From an uncultured Muribaculaceae bacterium (GTDB lineage Bacteria > Cyanobacteriota > Vampirovibrionia > Gastranaerophilales > Gastranaerophilaceae), in NCBI GenBank assembly GCA_964626145.1, contig CAZVBZ010000004.1:23235-87234 (forward strand): DNA of 64,000 nt, in the 5' to 3' direction. Below the pieces are notes generated by a model. That model had not been told where the DNA came from and did not search any database. It was given only the letters and a program-made list of their open reading frames with translations. Below, one piece after another: positions 29,593 to 38,991 of the stretch; positions within the stretch are counted from its first letter, which is position 1, and each line of letters opens with the position of its first letter. The position numbers and the translations under genes were made by a program.

Positions 29593-30873
29593 ATGAGTAG
29601 ATTTGTTGGAATTATCGGCATTATTGTAATTTTTGCAATTTGTTTTCTTATGTCGAATAATAAAAAGAAAATTAGCTTAAAAACAGTGCTTTCTGGCTTT
29701 GGATTGCAGCTTTTGTTAGCTTTGTTTGTGCTAAAAACCAGCCTTGGAAAGGCAATATTCTTTCAAGCTGGTCGCGCAGTTGAAAAAATACTTGATTTTG
29801 CAAATGAAGGCGGAAACTTTGTCTTTGGTGCATTGACATCACAACCAGAAAAATTTGTTGAGGTTTTTGGCGCAGGCGCAGACTTTATTTTTGCGCTTAA
29901 ACTTATTCCTACAATAATATTTGTTCTTATTATTGTAAATATCCTTTATCATATTGGATTAATGCAAAAAATTGTTTATGTTTGTGCAAAAGTTATGTAT
30001 AAAATTATGAACATATCTGGGGCGGAAGCTCTTTCTAACGCTGCGAGTGCATTTGTTGGACAAGTTGAGGCTCAAATTATGATTAAGCCATATCTTGCAA
30101 CTATGACGATGTCGGAGTTGCTGGCGTCTATGACCGGCTCAATGGCGTGTATTGCCGGCGGTGTAATGGCAATGTACATAGGCATGGGCATTCCGGCTGA
30201 GTATCTTCTTTCGGCTAGTATTATGGCGGCTCCGGGCGCGCTGGTTATTTCAAAAATTGTTTTTCCGGAAACAGAGCCGTCACAGACCAAAAACGACGTT
30301 ACAATAGAGGTAAAACAGAACTATGTCAATATTATTGACGCGATAGCTCACGGAGCGTCAGACGGCATGCGGGTTTCCATTAATGTTATTGCCATGCTGA
30401 TTGCGTTGATAGCCCTAATCCACATGGTGGACTGGTTTTTGGGGTACGTCGGGCTGTTTTTGGTCAATATATGCCATTTACCGGCACATTTGCTGGGTAT
30501 AGATTTTACCCAACTTTCAATGAAAGAAATTTTGGGCGCAATTTTTTCTGTATTTGCTTTTCTGATGGGCGTTCCGCTTGATGAAGCACCCGCAGTAGGC
30601 TCCTTGATGGGCACCAAGCTTGTTTTCAATGAGTTCATCGCATATATGGATTTGGCGCGGGTTCAGCCGTTACTTTCCCCCAAAAGCATTATTATAGCAA
30701 CGTTTGCGCTATGTGGATTTGCAAATTTGGGGTCAATTGCTATTCAAATTGGAGGCATAGGTGAGCTTGCGCCTTCTCGCAGAAAGGATTTGGCTAAACT
30801 CGGTGTAAAAGCCCTGATATGTGGAACTTTGGCGTCGTACGTTTCAGCGTGTATTGCGGGTATCTTGCTATAA
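29593..30873 (+). CDS. concentrative nucleoside transporter (NupC family)
   Basis: CNT family similarity across the TM helices. Confidence 0.8.
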   Translation: MSRFVGIIGIIVIFAICFLMSNNKKKISLKTVLSGFGLQLLLALFVLKTSLGKAIFFQAGRAVEKILDFANEGGNFVFGALTSQPEKFVEVFGAGADFIFALKLIPTIIFVLIIVNILYHIGLMQKIVYVCAKVMYKIMNISGAEALSNAASAFVGQVEAQIMIKPYLATMTMSELLASMTGSMACIAGGVMAMYIGMGIPAEYLLSASIMAAPGALVISKIVFPETEPSQTKNDVTIEVKQNYVNIIDAIAHGASDGMRVSINVIAMLIALIALIHMVDWFLGYVGLFLVNICHLPAHLLGIDFTQLSMKEILGAIFSVFAFLMGVPLDEAPAVGSLMGTKLVFNEFIAYMDLARVQPLLSPKSIIIATFALCGFANLGSIAIQIGGIGELAPSRRKDLAKLGVKALICGTLASYVSACIAGILL

Positions 30874-30925
30874 GCTCTGGGAACTGCGTTTTGGTGGCTT
30901 TAGCCGCTTTTGGCTCAACGTGTTA

Positions 30926-32764
30926 TTAAGTTTGACCAAAAAATATTTTCATACGACAATTTTGGCAATCAAATAGGATTTCATATTTTTGTCCTTTTTC
31001 ATCTACCAAAAAAAGTGGTTCTGTCAGTGTTTTCGCCGGTTTTTGTTTACCACAAAATCCCAAAGAATATTTTAGACAGTGCTTTGTTTCCATCACTTGT
31101 TTTTTGTTGAAATCCTTGTGGGTAGGGTGTTCTAGCCCATATTCTTCTACGATACAGCCGCAATTTTCGAAAAAGCGCTTCGCGTATTCGTTTGTTACGT
31201 TGTATTTATAATTTAATGATTTGTTTTCTGGTTCTGGGTATTTTATTGCGGATTGTTTTTTTATAGTATAATTTTTTTCTCGAATTGTTTGGAATTCTGT
31301 TATTAATTTGCGCCTTATGTCATTTATTTCGTTTATTTTTATGAACGGAAGAATTTGGGCGTTTATTTGAACTTTTTCGGCGTAGAACTCCGTTTCACCA
31401 AGCTTTGCTAGTTGTTTTTTCAAGTTTTCTTCTGCTTTTTCTTTGTTTTGTGCGGGTTCAAAATGATTTTCAAAATTTATGCAGTGAGAAACCTTGTCGT
31501 CTGAAATGTTTATGCTTATTGAGTTTTCGCCTATCTCTACTTTTATTTGTACAGGAATTTTTCTTTTAATTTTTGCATTTTCAAGTTTTTTTAAATATTT
31601 GCAGTCAAAATTTCTATATATCTCAATTCCTTTTTTTAAATTTTTTATCGAATTTGGAAAAATCCAACCATCATTTATTTTGTCTATCTTTGTGCCGCAA
31701 AGCTCTTTTCCTGTAAGGTTTTTGGCGAAAAACGTAATTCCATCACCAATATTTAAGCCGCTTTTATCAAGCTTAAATCCGTGTTTGTTGACTTCAATAA
31801 TTTTTCCTATGTATTCTCCGCGATTTTTGGGGGTGTCAAACGTAGTGATATCCTTGTTTCTGCCGTTTAAAAAATATGCACAGTAACCGCGGTTAAAGGA
31901 TTTGTTTATGTCAAATTCAAAATCGGTGAAAACCTTTCCAGAAGAAGCTTTTTCTCTGTTTTTTTTGATTAAAATTTTGTCAAGTTCTTTTCTGTAAAAA
32001 CCAACAACATTTTTTACGTAATTTACATCTTTTAATCGCCCTTCAATTTTAAAAGATGTAACACCGGCGTCAACTAAATCTTCGAGATAATTTGTTGCGT
32101 TAAAATCTTTTAAACATAACAAATGGCTGTTTTCTGCGATAGCACTGCCGTTTGCGTCTATGAGTGAGTATTTTTTTCTGCAAGCTTGGGCGCATTCGCC
32201 TCGATTTGCTGAACGACCGCCAATTGCATAGCTCATGTAGCATTGCCCGCTATACGAAACGCAAAGAGCACCATGAATAAAGCATTCCAGCTCGATTGAG
32301 GTGTTTTGTGAAATGTTTTTTATTTCTGCAAGGCTAAGCTCGCGCGCTAGAACGGCGCGGCAAAACCCTGTTTTTTCAAGGAATTTAACTTTTTCGAGCG
32401 TTGAATTGTGGCATTGCGTGCTCGCATGCAGTTCAATAGGCGGTAAATTGAGTTCAAGTAGCCCAAAATCCTGTATAATAAGCGCGTCTGTGCCAATTTG
32501 GTAAAGTTTGTTTATCAATTCTTTTGCCAATTGCAGTTCATTGTCGAAAAGTACAGTGTTTATTGTGACGTAGACTTTCACATTGAATTTGTGCGCGTAA
32601 TTAATTATCTCGGCTATGTCTTTGAGACTATTTCCTGCATTTTTTCGTGCACCGAAAGCGTTTGCGCCAATGTAAATTGCATCAGCCCCGCAGTTTATTG
32701 CCGCAAAAGCGCATTCTTTGTCTTTTGCAGGTGCGAGAAGTTCTATTTGTGAATTCTTTTTCAT
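30926..32764 (-). CDS. peptidase U32 family protein (PrtC/YhbU-like)
   Basis: N-terminal U32 TIM-barrel motifs (LLAPAKD..., E-x-F-x-HGALC) plus a long C-terminal extension with a CxxC pair. Confidence 0.75.
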   Translation of the reverse strand: MKKNSQIELLAPAKDKECAFAAINCGADAIYIGANAFGARKNAGNSLKDIAEIINYAHKFNVKVYVTINTVLFDNELQLAKELINKLYQIGTDALIIQDFGLLELNLPPIELHASTQCHNSTLEKVKFLEKTGFCRAVLARELSLAEIKNISQNTSIELECFIHGALCVSYSGQCYMSYAIGGRSANRGECAQACRKKYSLIDANGSAIAENSHLLCLKDFNATNYLEDLVDAGVTSFKIEGRLKDVNYVKNVVGFYRKELDKILIKKNREKASSGKVFTDFEFDINKSFNRGYCAYFLNGRNKDITTFDTPKNRGEYIGKIIEVNKHGFKLDKSGLNIGDGITFFAKNLTGKELCGTKIDKINDGWIFPNSIKNLKKGIEIYRNFDCKYLKKLENAKIKRKIPVQIKVEIGENSISINISDDKVSHCINFENHFEPAQNKEKAEENLKKQLAKLGETEFYAEKVQINAQILPFIKINEINDIRRKLITEFQTIREKNYTIKKQSAIKYPEPENKSLNYKYNVTNEYAKRFFENCGCIVEEYGLEHPTHKDFNKKQVMETKHCLKYSLGFCGKQKPAKTLTEPLFLVDEKGQKYEILFDCQNCRMKIFFGQT

Positions 32765-32923
32765 AAAAAAAGTATATGAGAAAATTTTAGTTATGTAAAA
32801 TTTTAACTTTGGACTTTACAAACCTTTTTAAGCATGTAGAATAATTATACTCACTTCCTCTGAGTACAAAAGACCGTTTTGGGAGTCATTAACCCAAAGC
32901 CGTTAAAAGAAAAGGAAAACATT

Positions 32924-33193
32924 ATGGCAAACATTAAATCCGCAAAAAAACGCGTATTAGTAGCAGAAAGAAACAGACTGAGAAATGTTGCAGTTAAGTC
33001 AGAAATCAAAACTGCAATCAAAAGAGCATTAGTTTTGGCTCAAGAAAAAAACGAAGAAGCTGTTACCTTTGCAGTAAATACAGTTTACAAATTGTGTGAT
33101 AAAGCCGTAGGCAAAGGTGTTTTGCACAAAAATACTGCAGCAAGAAAAAAATCAAGATTGACTCTTGCTGTAAATAAATTGTTGGCAAAATAA
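32924..33193 (+). CDS. rpsT: 30S ribosomal protein S20
   Basis: MANIKSAKKRVLVAERNRLRN; start trimmed from the table ORF (32879) to the conserved Met. Confidence 0.9.
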   Translation: MANIKSAKKRVLVAERNRLRNVAVKSEIKTAIKRALVLAQEKNEEAVTFAVNTVYKLCDKAVGKGVLHKNTAARKKSRLTLAVNKLLAK

Positions 33194-33207
33194 CTTACTA
33201 AAGATTA

Positions 33208-33242
33208 AAACGCCGGAAACTTAATTGTTTCCGGCGTTTTTT
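33208..33242. terminator. bidirectional rho-independent terminator
   Basis: aaacgccggaaac/gtttccggcgttt 13-bp hairpin plus T run; between convergent rpsT and pilin-like copy 2. Confidence 0.75.
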
Positions 33243-33245
33243 GTA

Positions 33246-34122
33246 TTAGAATTTCTTTACCGGATAGTCGTCTGGTATCTTCCAGCCGTTTTGCTGCAGT
33301 ACCGCGGCACAACCCGCCCCGCTGTTGGTATTATTGCAGGAATTTATACTAGCATCAAAAGCGTTCTCAGAAGTCCTGCAGCGATAAGAAAGTCCTCCTT
33401 GTATAAAATTATGTTTAGAATCGTAATATGGATCGTTCATCCACGAGGGCTTATCTGCTGATATTACAAAATAAAATTGGTCATACGCCAGCCTATTTGG
33501 ACCACTTTTACCATTAATGTCTACTAAAAATGAAAATCCGTCATCAGCTCCATTTGTATACTTACCAACCCCAATTTCCATACCATTTGTGAGTTGAATT
33601 CTGTATTTTTGATAAGGGTTATACATTCCCATATTGGGGATGCGAGTTCCATCAATTGTCTTGCTCGGATAGAGTATTCCGCAGGTAGTATCCTTTATTC
33701 CATATTCACATGTTTTTGCAACTTTTAAATACGGAACAAGATAATTTGTTGCAAAATGGTTAATTATTGAGCCAAAATCGTCGGTTAAATCAGGTGCGGT
33801 GTTTGAAGCTATTATCATTGCAGACATATTAGGCGCTTTGCCTGTTACAACTGGCATCATCAGTGCATCGTTTAAAATTTTATAAGCAACCCTTATTCCT
33901 GTCTCGGTTTGCGATTTTCTAAAATTGCTCATTAAATTGGGCACTGTCATTGCAGCTATTACTCCAATAATTGTTAAAGTAATTAACGTTTCTGCAAGAG
34001 TCCAACCATGTTTTTTGCTTTTAGTTAAAACCCTGGAAACCCTTGTGGCAGTAGGGGGGGTGCATTAAAAGCGAGCTAAAAACGTTTTTTACGTCTTTAA
34101 AAGTAAATTTTTTTGTATGCAT
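33246..34122 (-). CDS. type IV pilin-like protein copy 2; leader and pilin body are out of frame by +1 at a poly-C tract (poly-G on the + strand)
   Basis: On the minus strand: RBS gaggg, ATG at 34122, leader MHTKKFTFKDVKNVFSSLLMHPP, a C7 tract, stop after 34 codons. The +1 frame reads ...TATRVSRVLTKSKKHG|WTLAETLITLTIIGVIAAMTVPNL... About 70% protein identity to copy 1, with identical N- and C-terminal ends. Confidence 0.75.
34054..34060 (-). repeat. homopolymeric G7 (= C7 on the coding strand) tract in the copy 2 leader
   Basis: Read directly from the sequence; 6 or 9 C would restore the frame. Confidence 0.9.
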
Positions 34123-34164
34123 TACTACACCCTCATAAATTTTTCTAACATTCTACATTATTCA

Positions 34165-34193
34165 ATTTTATCAAAAAACGATAAGAATTTCAA
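34165..34193 (-). promoter_or_regulatory. near-consensus sigma70-type promoter (TTGAAA-N17-TAAAAT) of pilin-like copy 2
   Basis: The reverse complement reads cTTGAAAttcttatcgttttttgaTAAAATt, the same architecture as 4605-4633. Confidence 0.55.
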
Positions 34194-34195
34194 GT

Positions 34196-34395
34196 GCAGT
34201 TTTAATTTTTTAGTTTGAGCAGAGATTCTTCGGTCGGAAATCAACTATAGCTTGCATTTTACCACTCAAAGCTTATTCCCTCAGAATGACGCGGAAAATT
34301 TGTGGACATAGGAGAATCCTAGCCCGACGGACTTTAATTCTACAGTGTTCCTGGTGGAAAACCCGCCACTGCGGGCTGAGTGAGATTTGTAAAGT
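34196..34395. other. GC-enriched, hairpin-rich intergenic element of unknown identity
   Basis: Local GC is clearly above the flanking AT-rich DNA and no ORF is present. A CCCGC-cact-GCGGG stem-loop and several other complementary segments occur. Confidence 0.3.
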
Positions 34396-34448
34396 TTAAA
34401 AAATTTTAATATATTGCTTTTATAGTCGCTTTCTGCCAAAATAAACCC

Positions 34449-35048
34449 ATGAATTACATTTGGTTTTTTATTATCACAATTTCTATAATCTTTGGAGCAA
34501 TTAATGGTCGGCTCTCAGAGGTTGTAAACGCTGTTCTTTCCGGCGCAGAAAAAACCATCCAAATTTCACTTTACTTAATTGGGATTATGTCTTTTTGGCT
34601 TGGAATTATGAAAATTGCTGAAAGCAGCGGCTGTGTTGATTTTGTCGCCAAAATAGTTTCTCCTGTTGCCCAAAAACTTTTTCCTGAATTAAAAAATGAT
34701 AAAAAAGCTATTGGTTGTGTTGCAATGAACTTTGCGGCAAATATGTTTGGACTATCAAACGCCGCAACTCCTATGGGGATTAATGCAATAGAAGAAATGC
34801 AAAAACACAATACTAATAAGAAAAGCGCTTCAAACGCAATGTGTATGCTACTTGCAATGAATACTGCCGGATTTCAGCTTATACCGGCGACAATAATTGC
34901 CATTCTTGCTGCAAATGGTGACAAAACCCCAACAGTGATTGTTTTGCCAACTTTAATTGTTACAACAATCGCGTTTGCTTTTGCAATATTTATAGCAAAA
35001 GTTTTTGAGAAAATTTGGACTCCGCAGGAGGCAGAAATAAGTGATTAG
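34449..35048 (+). CDS. spmA: spore maturation protein A-like (nucleoside-recognition domain membrane protein)
   Basis: SpmA family similarity; translationally coupled to spmB. Confidence 0.7.
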   Translation: MNYIWFFIITISIIFGAINGRLSEVVNAVLSGAEKTIQISLYLIGIMSFWLGIMKIAESSGCVDFVAKIVSPVAQKLFPELKNDKKAIGCVAMNFAANMFGLSNAATPMGINAIEEMQKHNTNKKSASNAMCMLLAMNTAGFQLIPATIIAILAANGDKTPTVIVLPTLIVTTIAFAFAIFIAKVFEKIWTPQEAEISD

Positions 35049-35577
35049 AGCGGTTTTTGATACAATTTCATTATGGCTAATTCCTGCAATCATTTTAATT
35101 GTTCTTTTTTGCGGGTTGGTAAAAAAACTGCCGATTTATGAACTTTTTATTGATGGGGCAAAAGATGGTGCCAAAATAGGCGTAAACATTTTTCCCTACT
35201 TGCTTGCGATAATTGTTGCTGTATCAATGTTGCGTGCGTCCGGTGCAATTGAAGCAATTGGCGCGGTTTTGGGGTCTGCATTAACCCAAATTCACCTTCC
35301 TGCTGATGTTTTGCCGGTAATGGTTGTGCGCTCGCTTTCTGGGAGCGCGGTTTTGGGTATTATAAGTGACATCGCGTCGAGTCATGATGTGAATTCCTAC
35401 ACCACAAGGCTTGCTGCGGTAATGGCAGGAAGTTCTGAGACAACGTTTTATGTTCTTGCGGTTTATTTTGGCGCAATCGGAATTAAAAAATATCGCTACG
35501 CGCTTTTAACCGGCATCCTCGCTGATTGCGCCGGAATTGTTGCGGCAATCGCTGTTTCTTATTGGTTTTTTGGTTAA
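35041..35577 (+). CDS. spmB: spore maturation protein B-like membrane protein
   Basis: SpmB family similarity; overlaps the spmA stop. Confidence 0.7.
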   Translation: MIRAVFDTISLWLIPAIILIVLFCGLVKKLPIYELFIDGAKDGAKIGVNIFPYLLAIIVAVSMLRASGAIEAIGAVLGSALTQIHLPADVLPVMVVRSLSGSAVLGIISDIASSHDVNSYTTRLAAVMAGSSETTFYVLAVYFGAIGIKKYRYALLTGILADCAGIVAAIAVSYWFFG

Positions 35578-35593
35578 GATGTTTTATTAAACA

Positions 35594-35626
35594 AAAACCG
35601 CCAGAAATGGCGGTTTTCTCTTTTTA
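35594..35626. terminator. bidirectional rho-independent terminator
   Basis: aaaaccgcca/tggcggtttt hairpin plus T run; between convergent spmB and ftsH. Confidence 0.7.
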
Positions 35627-37471
35627 TCCTCGATTATTTCGAACTTGTGTCATTAAGTCTTCAAATTCTTTTTCGTCAAGTGTTTCATGTTCAAGAAGAT
35701 TGTGTGCAATAGTTTCAAGCATGTCTCGATTTTCTCTAAGCAAATGTTTGGCGAGATTGTAGCGCTCATCTACAATGCGTTTAACCTCTTTATCAATCTC
35801 TGCGGCAACTTCTTCAGAATAATCCCGCTGGTGTCCAAAATCACGACCCATGAAAACGTGTTCTTGTGACTTGCCGTACGCTAAATTTCCCATTTTATCA
35901 GACATGCCCCAGGTAATGACCATTTTACGGGCAAGTTCTGAAACCTTTTCTAAATCATTTTGAGCGCCGGTTGTAATAAAATCTGCACCATAAATAATTT
36001 CTTCCGCAACCCTTCCGCCTAAAATCATGGTTATTTTATCTAAAAGTTGTGTTTTCGTGTAGGTTAAATGGTCTTTTTCTGGCAAAGTCATTGTCACGCC
36101 CAAAGCCATTCCACGCGGAATAATAGACACTTTATGGAGCGGGTCGCAATATTTAAGGATTTTGGCAAGTAGAGCATGCCCAACTTCATGATATGCGGTA
36201 TTTTCTTTTTCTTCATCGTTAATAATTTTACTTTTCTTTTCTGGTCCGGCTATAACTTTGTCAATAGCTTCTTCCATGTTGCTCATTTCGATAGTGTCTT
36301 TGTTGTGGCGAGCCGCTAGCAATGCCGCCTCGTTGAGCAAGTTTTGTAAATCAGCGCCGGTAAAACCGGGCGTGCGTTTTGCTATAACTTTAAGGTCAAC
36401 AGTTTTGCCGAGAGGTTTATTTTTTGCATGAACATTTAATATTTGTTCTCTGCCTAGAATGTCGGGTTTATTAATAAAAATTTGCCTGTCAAAACGCCCT
36501 GGGCGCAAAAGGGCGTTATCCAAAATGTCTGGTCTGTTTGTTGCTGCAATTATAATAATATTTGTGTTTTCATCAAAACCATCCATTTCAACAAGAAGTT
36601 GGTTGAGGGTTTGTTCGCGTTCGTCATGCCCGCCGCCCCAGCCGGCACCTCTTTGTCTACCTACAGCGTCGATTTCATCAATAAATATAATACACGGTTG
36701 ATGTTTTTTAGCTTGTTCAAACAAATCGCGAACACGGCTTGCACCAACACCGACAAACATTTCTACAAAATCAGAACCAGAAATTGAGAAAAATGGAACG
36801 CCGGCTTCTCCAGCAACGGCTTTTGCCATAAGGGTTTTACCCGTACCTGGAGGTCCAACAAGAAGTACGCCTTTAGGAATTTTGGCACCTAATTTTAGGT
36901 ATTTTTCACCATTTTTAAGAAAATCTACGATTTCGGAAAGCTCTTGGCGTTCTTCATCAATGCCAGCTACGTCTTTGAAGGTAACTTTAACTTTGTTGTC
37001 AAGCATGAGCTTGGCTTTGCTTTTACCAAACGACATAGCCTGAGAGCCGCCGGCTTGAACAATTTTGCTCATAACTGCAATAATAATAACAAAAATTATA
37101 ATTGGGAATAGTATGTTAAAGAATAAGCCAGTATTTTCATTTGGTTTTTTAACCGTAACATCGACTTTATTTTCGTCAAGTAATGGATACAATGAGCTAT
37201 CGTTCATTGGAATTTGCGTTTTAATAAGGATTTTGGGTGGAGCAACTTGCGCATTTTTTTCATTAACTTTCGGTTGTTTAACCGGAAGCGCAATAACCGT
37301 TTGTCCTTCTATTTCTACTGATTTAATTTCATGGTTTTTAATTTGTTCGATAAATTTTGTATAAGAAACTTCTTCCGTGCTTGTTATTGGTCCTGTGTAA
37401 AGCATTGCGGCAAGTGCAAGAACAAGTAAAACTACTACAATCCAAATTCCGGCTGTTTGACTTTTATTCAT
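35624..37471 (-). CDS. ftsH: ATP-dependent zinc metalloprotease FtsH
   Basis: AAA module (GPPGTGKT), second region of homology, and HEXXH (HEVGHAL). Confidence 0.95.
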   Translation of the reverse strand: MNKSQTAGIWIVVVLLVLALAAMLYTGPITSTEEVSYTKFIEQIKNHEIKSVEIEGQTVIALPVKQPKVNEKNAQVAPPKILIKTQIPMNDSSLYPLLDENKVDVTVKKPNENTGLFFNILFPIIIFVIIIAVMSKIVQAGGSQAMSFGKSKAKLMLDNKVKVTFKDVAGIDEERQELSEIVDFLKNGEKYLKLGAKIPKGVLLVGPPGTGKTLMAKAVAGEAGVPFFSISGSDFVEMFVGVGASRVRDLFEQAKKHQPCIIFIDEIDAVGRQRGAGWGGGHDEREQTLNQLLVEMDGFDENTNIIIIAATNRPDILDNALLRPGRFDRQIFINKPDILGREQILNVHAKNKPLGKTVDLKVIAKRTPGFTGADLQNLLNEAALLAARHNKDTIEMSNMEEAIDKVIAGPEKKSKIINDEEKENTAYHEVGHALLAKILKYCDPLHKVSIIPRGMALGVTMTLPEKDHLTYTKTQLLDKITMILGGRVAEEIIYGADFITTGAQNDLEKVSELARKMVITWGMSDKMGNLAYGKSQEHVFMGRDFGHQRDYSEEVAAEIDKEVKRIVDERYNLAKHLLRENRDMLETIAHNLLEHETLDEKEFEDLMTQVRNNRG

Positions 37472-37620
37472 TAATTTTCCCTTTCACTTTGTTTTATTAG
37501 TCTATTTTACAACCCCTTACGTTAAAAGTCTATACTTTAACCGGACTGGTTATCATGATATACATTTAAATTTTTTTGATATATAATTTGACTGAAATGT
37601 AATGAGTTAGAGTATTTCTT

Positions 37621-38991
37621 ATGTTAAATATTGAAACAACTATAGAAAGAATACGTGAAATTATTAACGATGAAAATTATTCGCAACTTCAAGAAGAATT
37701 GAATAATTTTCACTCTGCTGACTTAGCAGAAATTTTTCCAATGTTGAATGCCGAGGAAAGGCTCATTGCGTTTGAAAATGTTGATGAGGACAAAGCCGCA
37801 GAGCTTTTAGAATATTTAACCCCGCAATATCAAGTTGAATTACTTGGTGAAATTGATGAAGAAAAAGCTTCTCGCATAATAACACTTATGCCGCATGACT
37901 CTGCTGCGGATATTTTGGGTGATATGGAAGAAGATGAGTCTGAAAGTTACCTGAACAAACTTCCGCACAAATTTTCAGATGAAATCAGAGAACTTTTAAC
38001 ATACAAAGAAGATACTGCTGGCGGCTTAATGAACTCTATTGTTCTTACTGTGCGAAAAGAAATGACCGTAGAAGAAGTTTTGACGTATATTCGCAAGGAA
38101 GCCGAAGAAGACAACATGGAACTTTACTACATCTACGTTGTTGATAAGCACAATCACCTTTTGGGCGTTGTTTCTTTGCGTGATTTGTTAACCTCGCATG
38201 CTAAAGTTCGAATTGAAGAAATCATGATGAGTGATATTGTAAAGCTTCATGTTGATGATAAACAAGACCATGTAGCGGATGTATTTATGAAATATCAGTA
38301 TAATGCTTTGCCAGTTGTGGATCTTTACAATCGGCTAAAAGGTATTGTTACTTGGGATGATGTTTCAGATATTGTTGAAGAAGAAACAACCGAAGAAATT
38401 TTGCAATCTTCTGGTATTACAACAGCGGTTGTTGATGAAGATGAAATTCTTTCTGGAAATATATTTAAGGCAATTAGAGCTAGAGCGCCATGGCTTTTTA
38501 TAACATTGATTGGCGAATTTATAGCGGTAAATATTGCAGATAGATTTGAATTTGCAATACATGCTCTGCCGGTAATTGCTATATTTATGCCGCTACTTGC
38601 AGGATTGGGGGGAAACATTGGTACACAAAGTATTACGCTTATGGTGCGCGGACTTTCAACTGGACAAGTTACAATGAGTTCTGCACTTCATCACATTGGG
38701 CGAGAAATGCTTGTTGGGCTGATGATTGGACTTGTTTTTGGTTTGCTTGTAACACTATCAACCTGGGGTTGGCAACATCATATTGAACTTGGCGCTGTTG
38801 TTGGGCTTGCGATGACTGTTAACATGACCCTTGCAACGATTATTGGAACAGTAACGCCGTTTCTTTTAAAGGCAATAAAAATAGACCCCGCTGTAGCTTC
38901 AGGTCCTGTAATTGCAACAACTATCGATGTTGTTGGTTTGGCAATTTACTTTAGTATGGTAAGTGTTTTCTTGTTGGGAGTATTAAAATAA
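37621..38991 (+). CDS. mgtE: magnesium transporter MgtE
   Basis: N-terminal MgtE-N domain, tandem CBS domains, C-terminal TM domain. Confidence 0.9.
   Translation: MLNIETTIERIREIINDENYSQLQEELNNFHSADLAEIFPMLNAEERLIAFENVDEDKAAELLEYLTPQYQVELLGEIDEEKASRIITLMPHDSAADILGDMEEDESESYLNKLPHKFSDEIRELLTYKEDTAGGLMNSIVLTVRKEMTVEEVLTYIRKEAEEDNMELYYIYVVDKHNHLLGVVSLRDLLTSHAKVRIEEIMMSDIVKLHVDDKQDHVADVFMKYQYNALPVVDLYNRLKGIVTWDDVSDIVEEETTEEILQSSGITTAVVDEDEILSGNIFKAIRARAPWLFITLIGEFIAVNIADRFEFAIHALPVIAIFMPLLAGLGGNIGTQSITLMVRGLSTGQVTMSSALHHIGREMLVGLMIGLVFGLLVTLSTWGWQHHIELGAVVGLAMTVNMTLATIIGTVTPFLLKAIKIDPAVASGPVIATTIDVVGLAIYFSMVSVFLLGVLK

Noticed and set aside
34300-34385. Cobalamin riboswitch, T-box or TPP riboswitch in the GC-rich element upstream of spmA
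   Set aside because: Fragments resemble cobalamin (GGTG-AAAA-CC / CCCGCCACTG), the B12 box (AGCCCGA..GAC), the T-box (GGTGG..ACC) and TPP (CTGAGA). However, the order and spacing do not fit any consensus and the flanking conserved elements are missing. Function left open.
34196-34395. RNase P RNA, tmRNA, SRP RNA
   Set aside because: The region is too short for RNase P or tmRNA, and the diagnostic cores are absent (GGAAAGUCCGGGCUCC, the tmRNA tag ORF and tRNA-like 3' end, SRP GGAAGGAAGCAGC).
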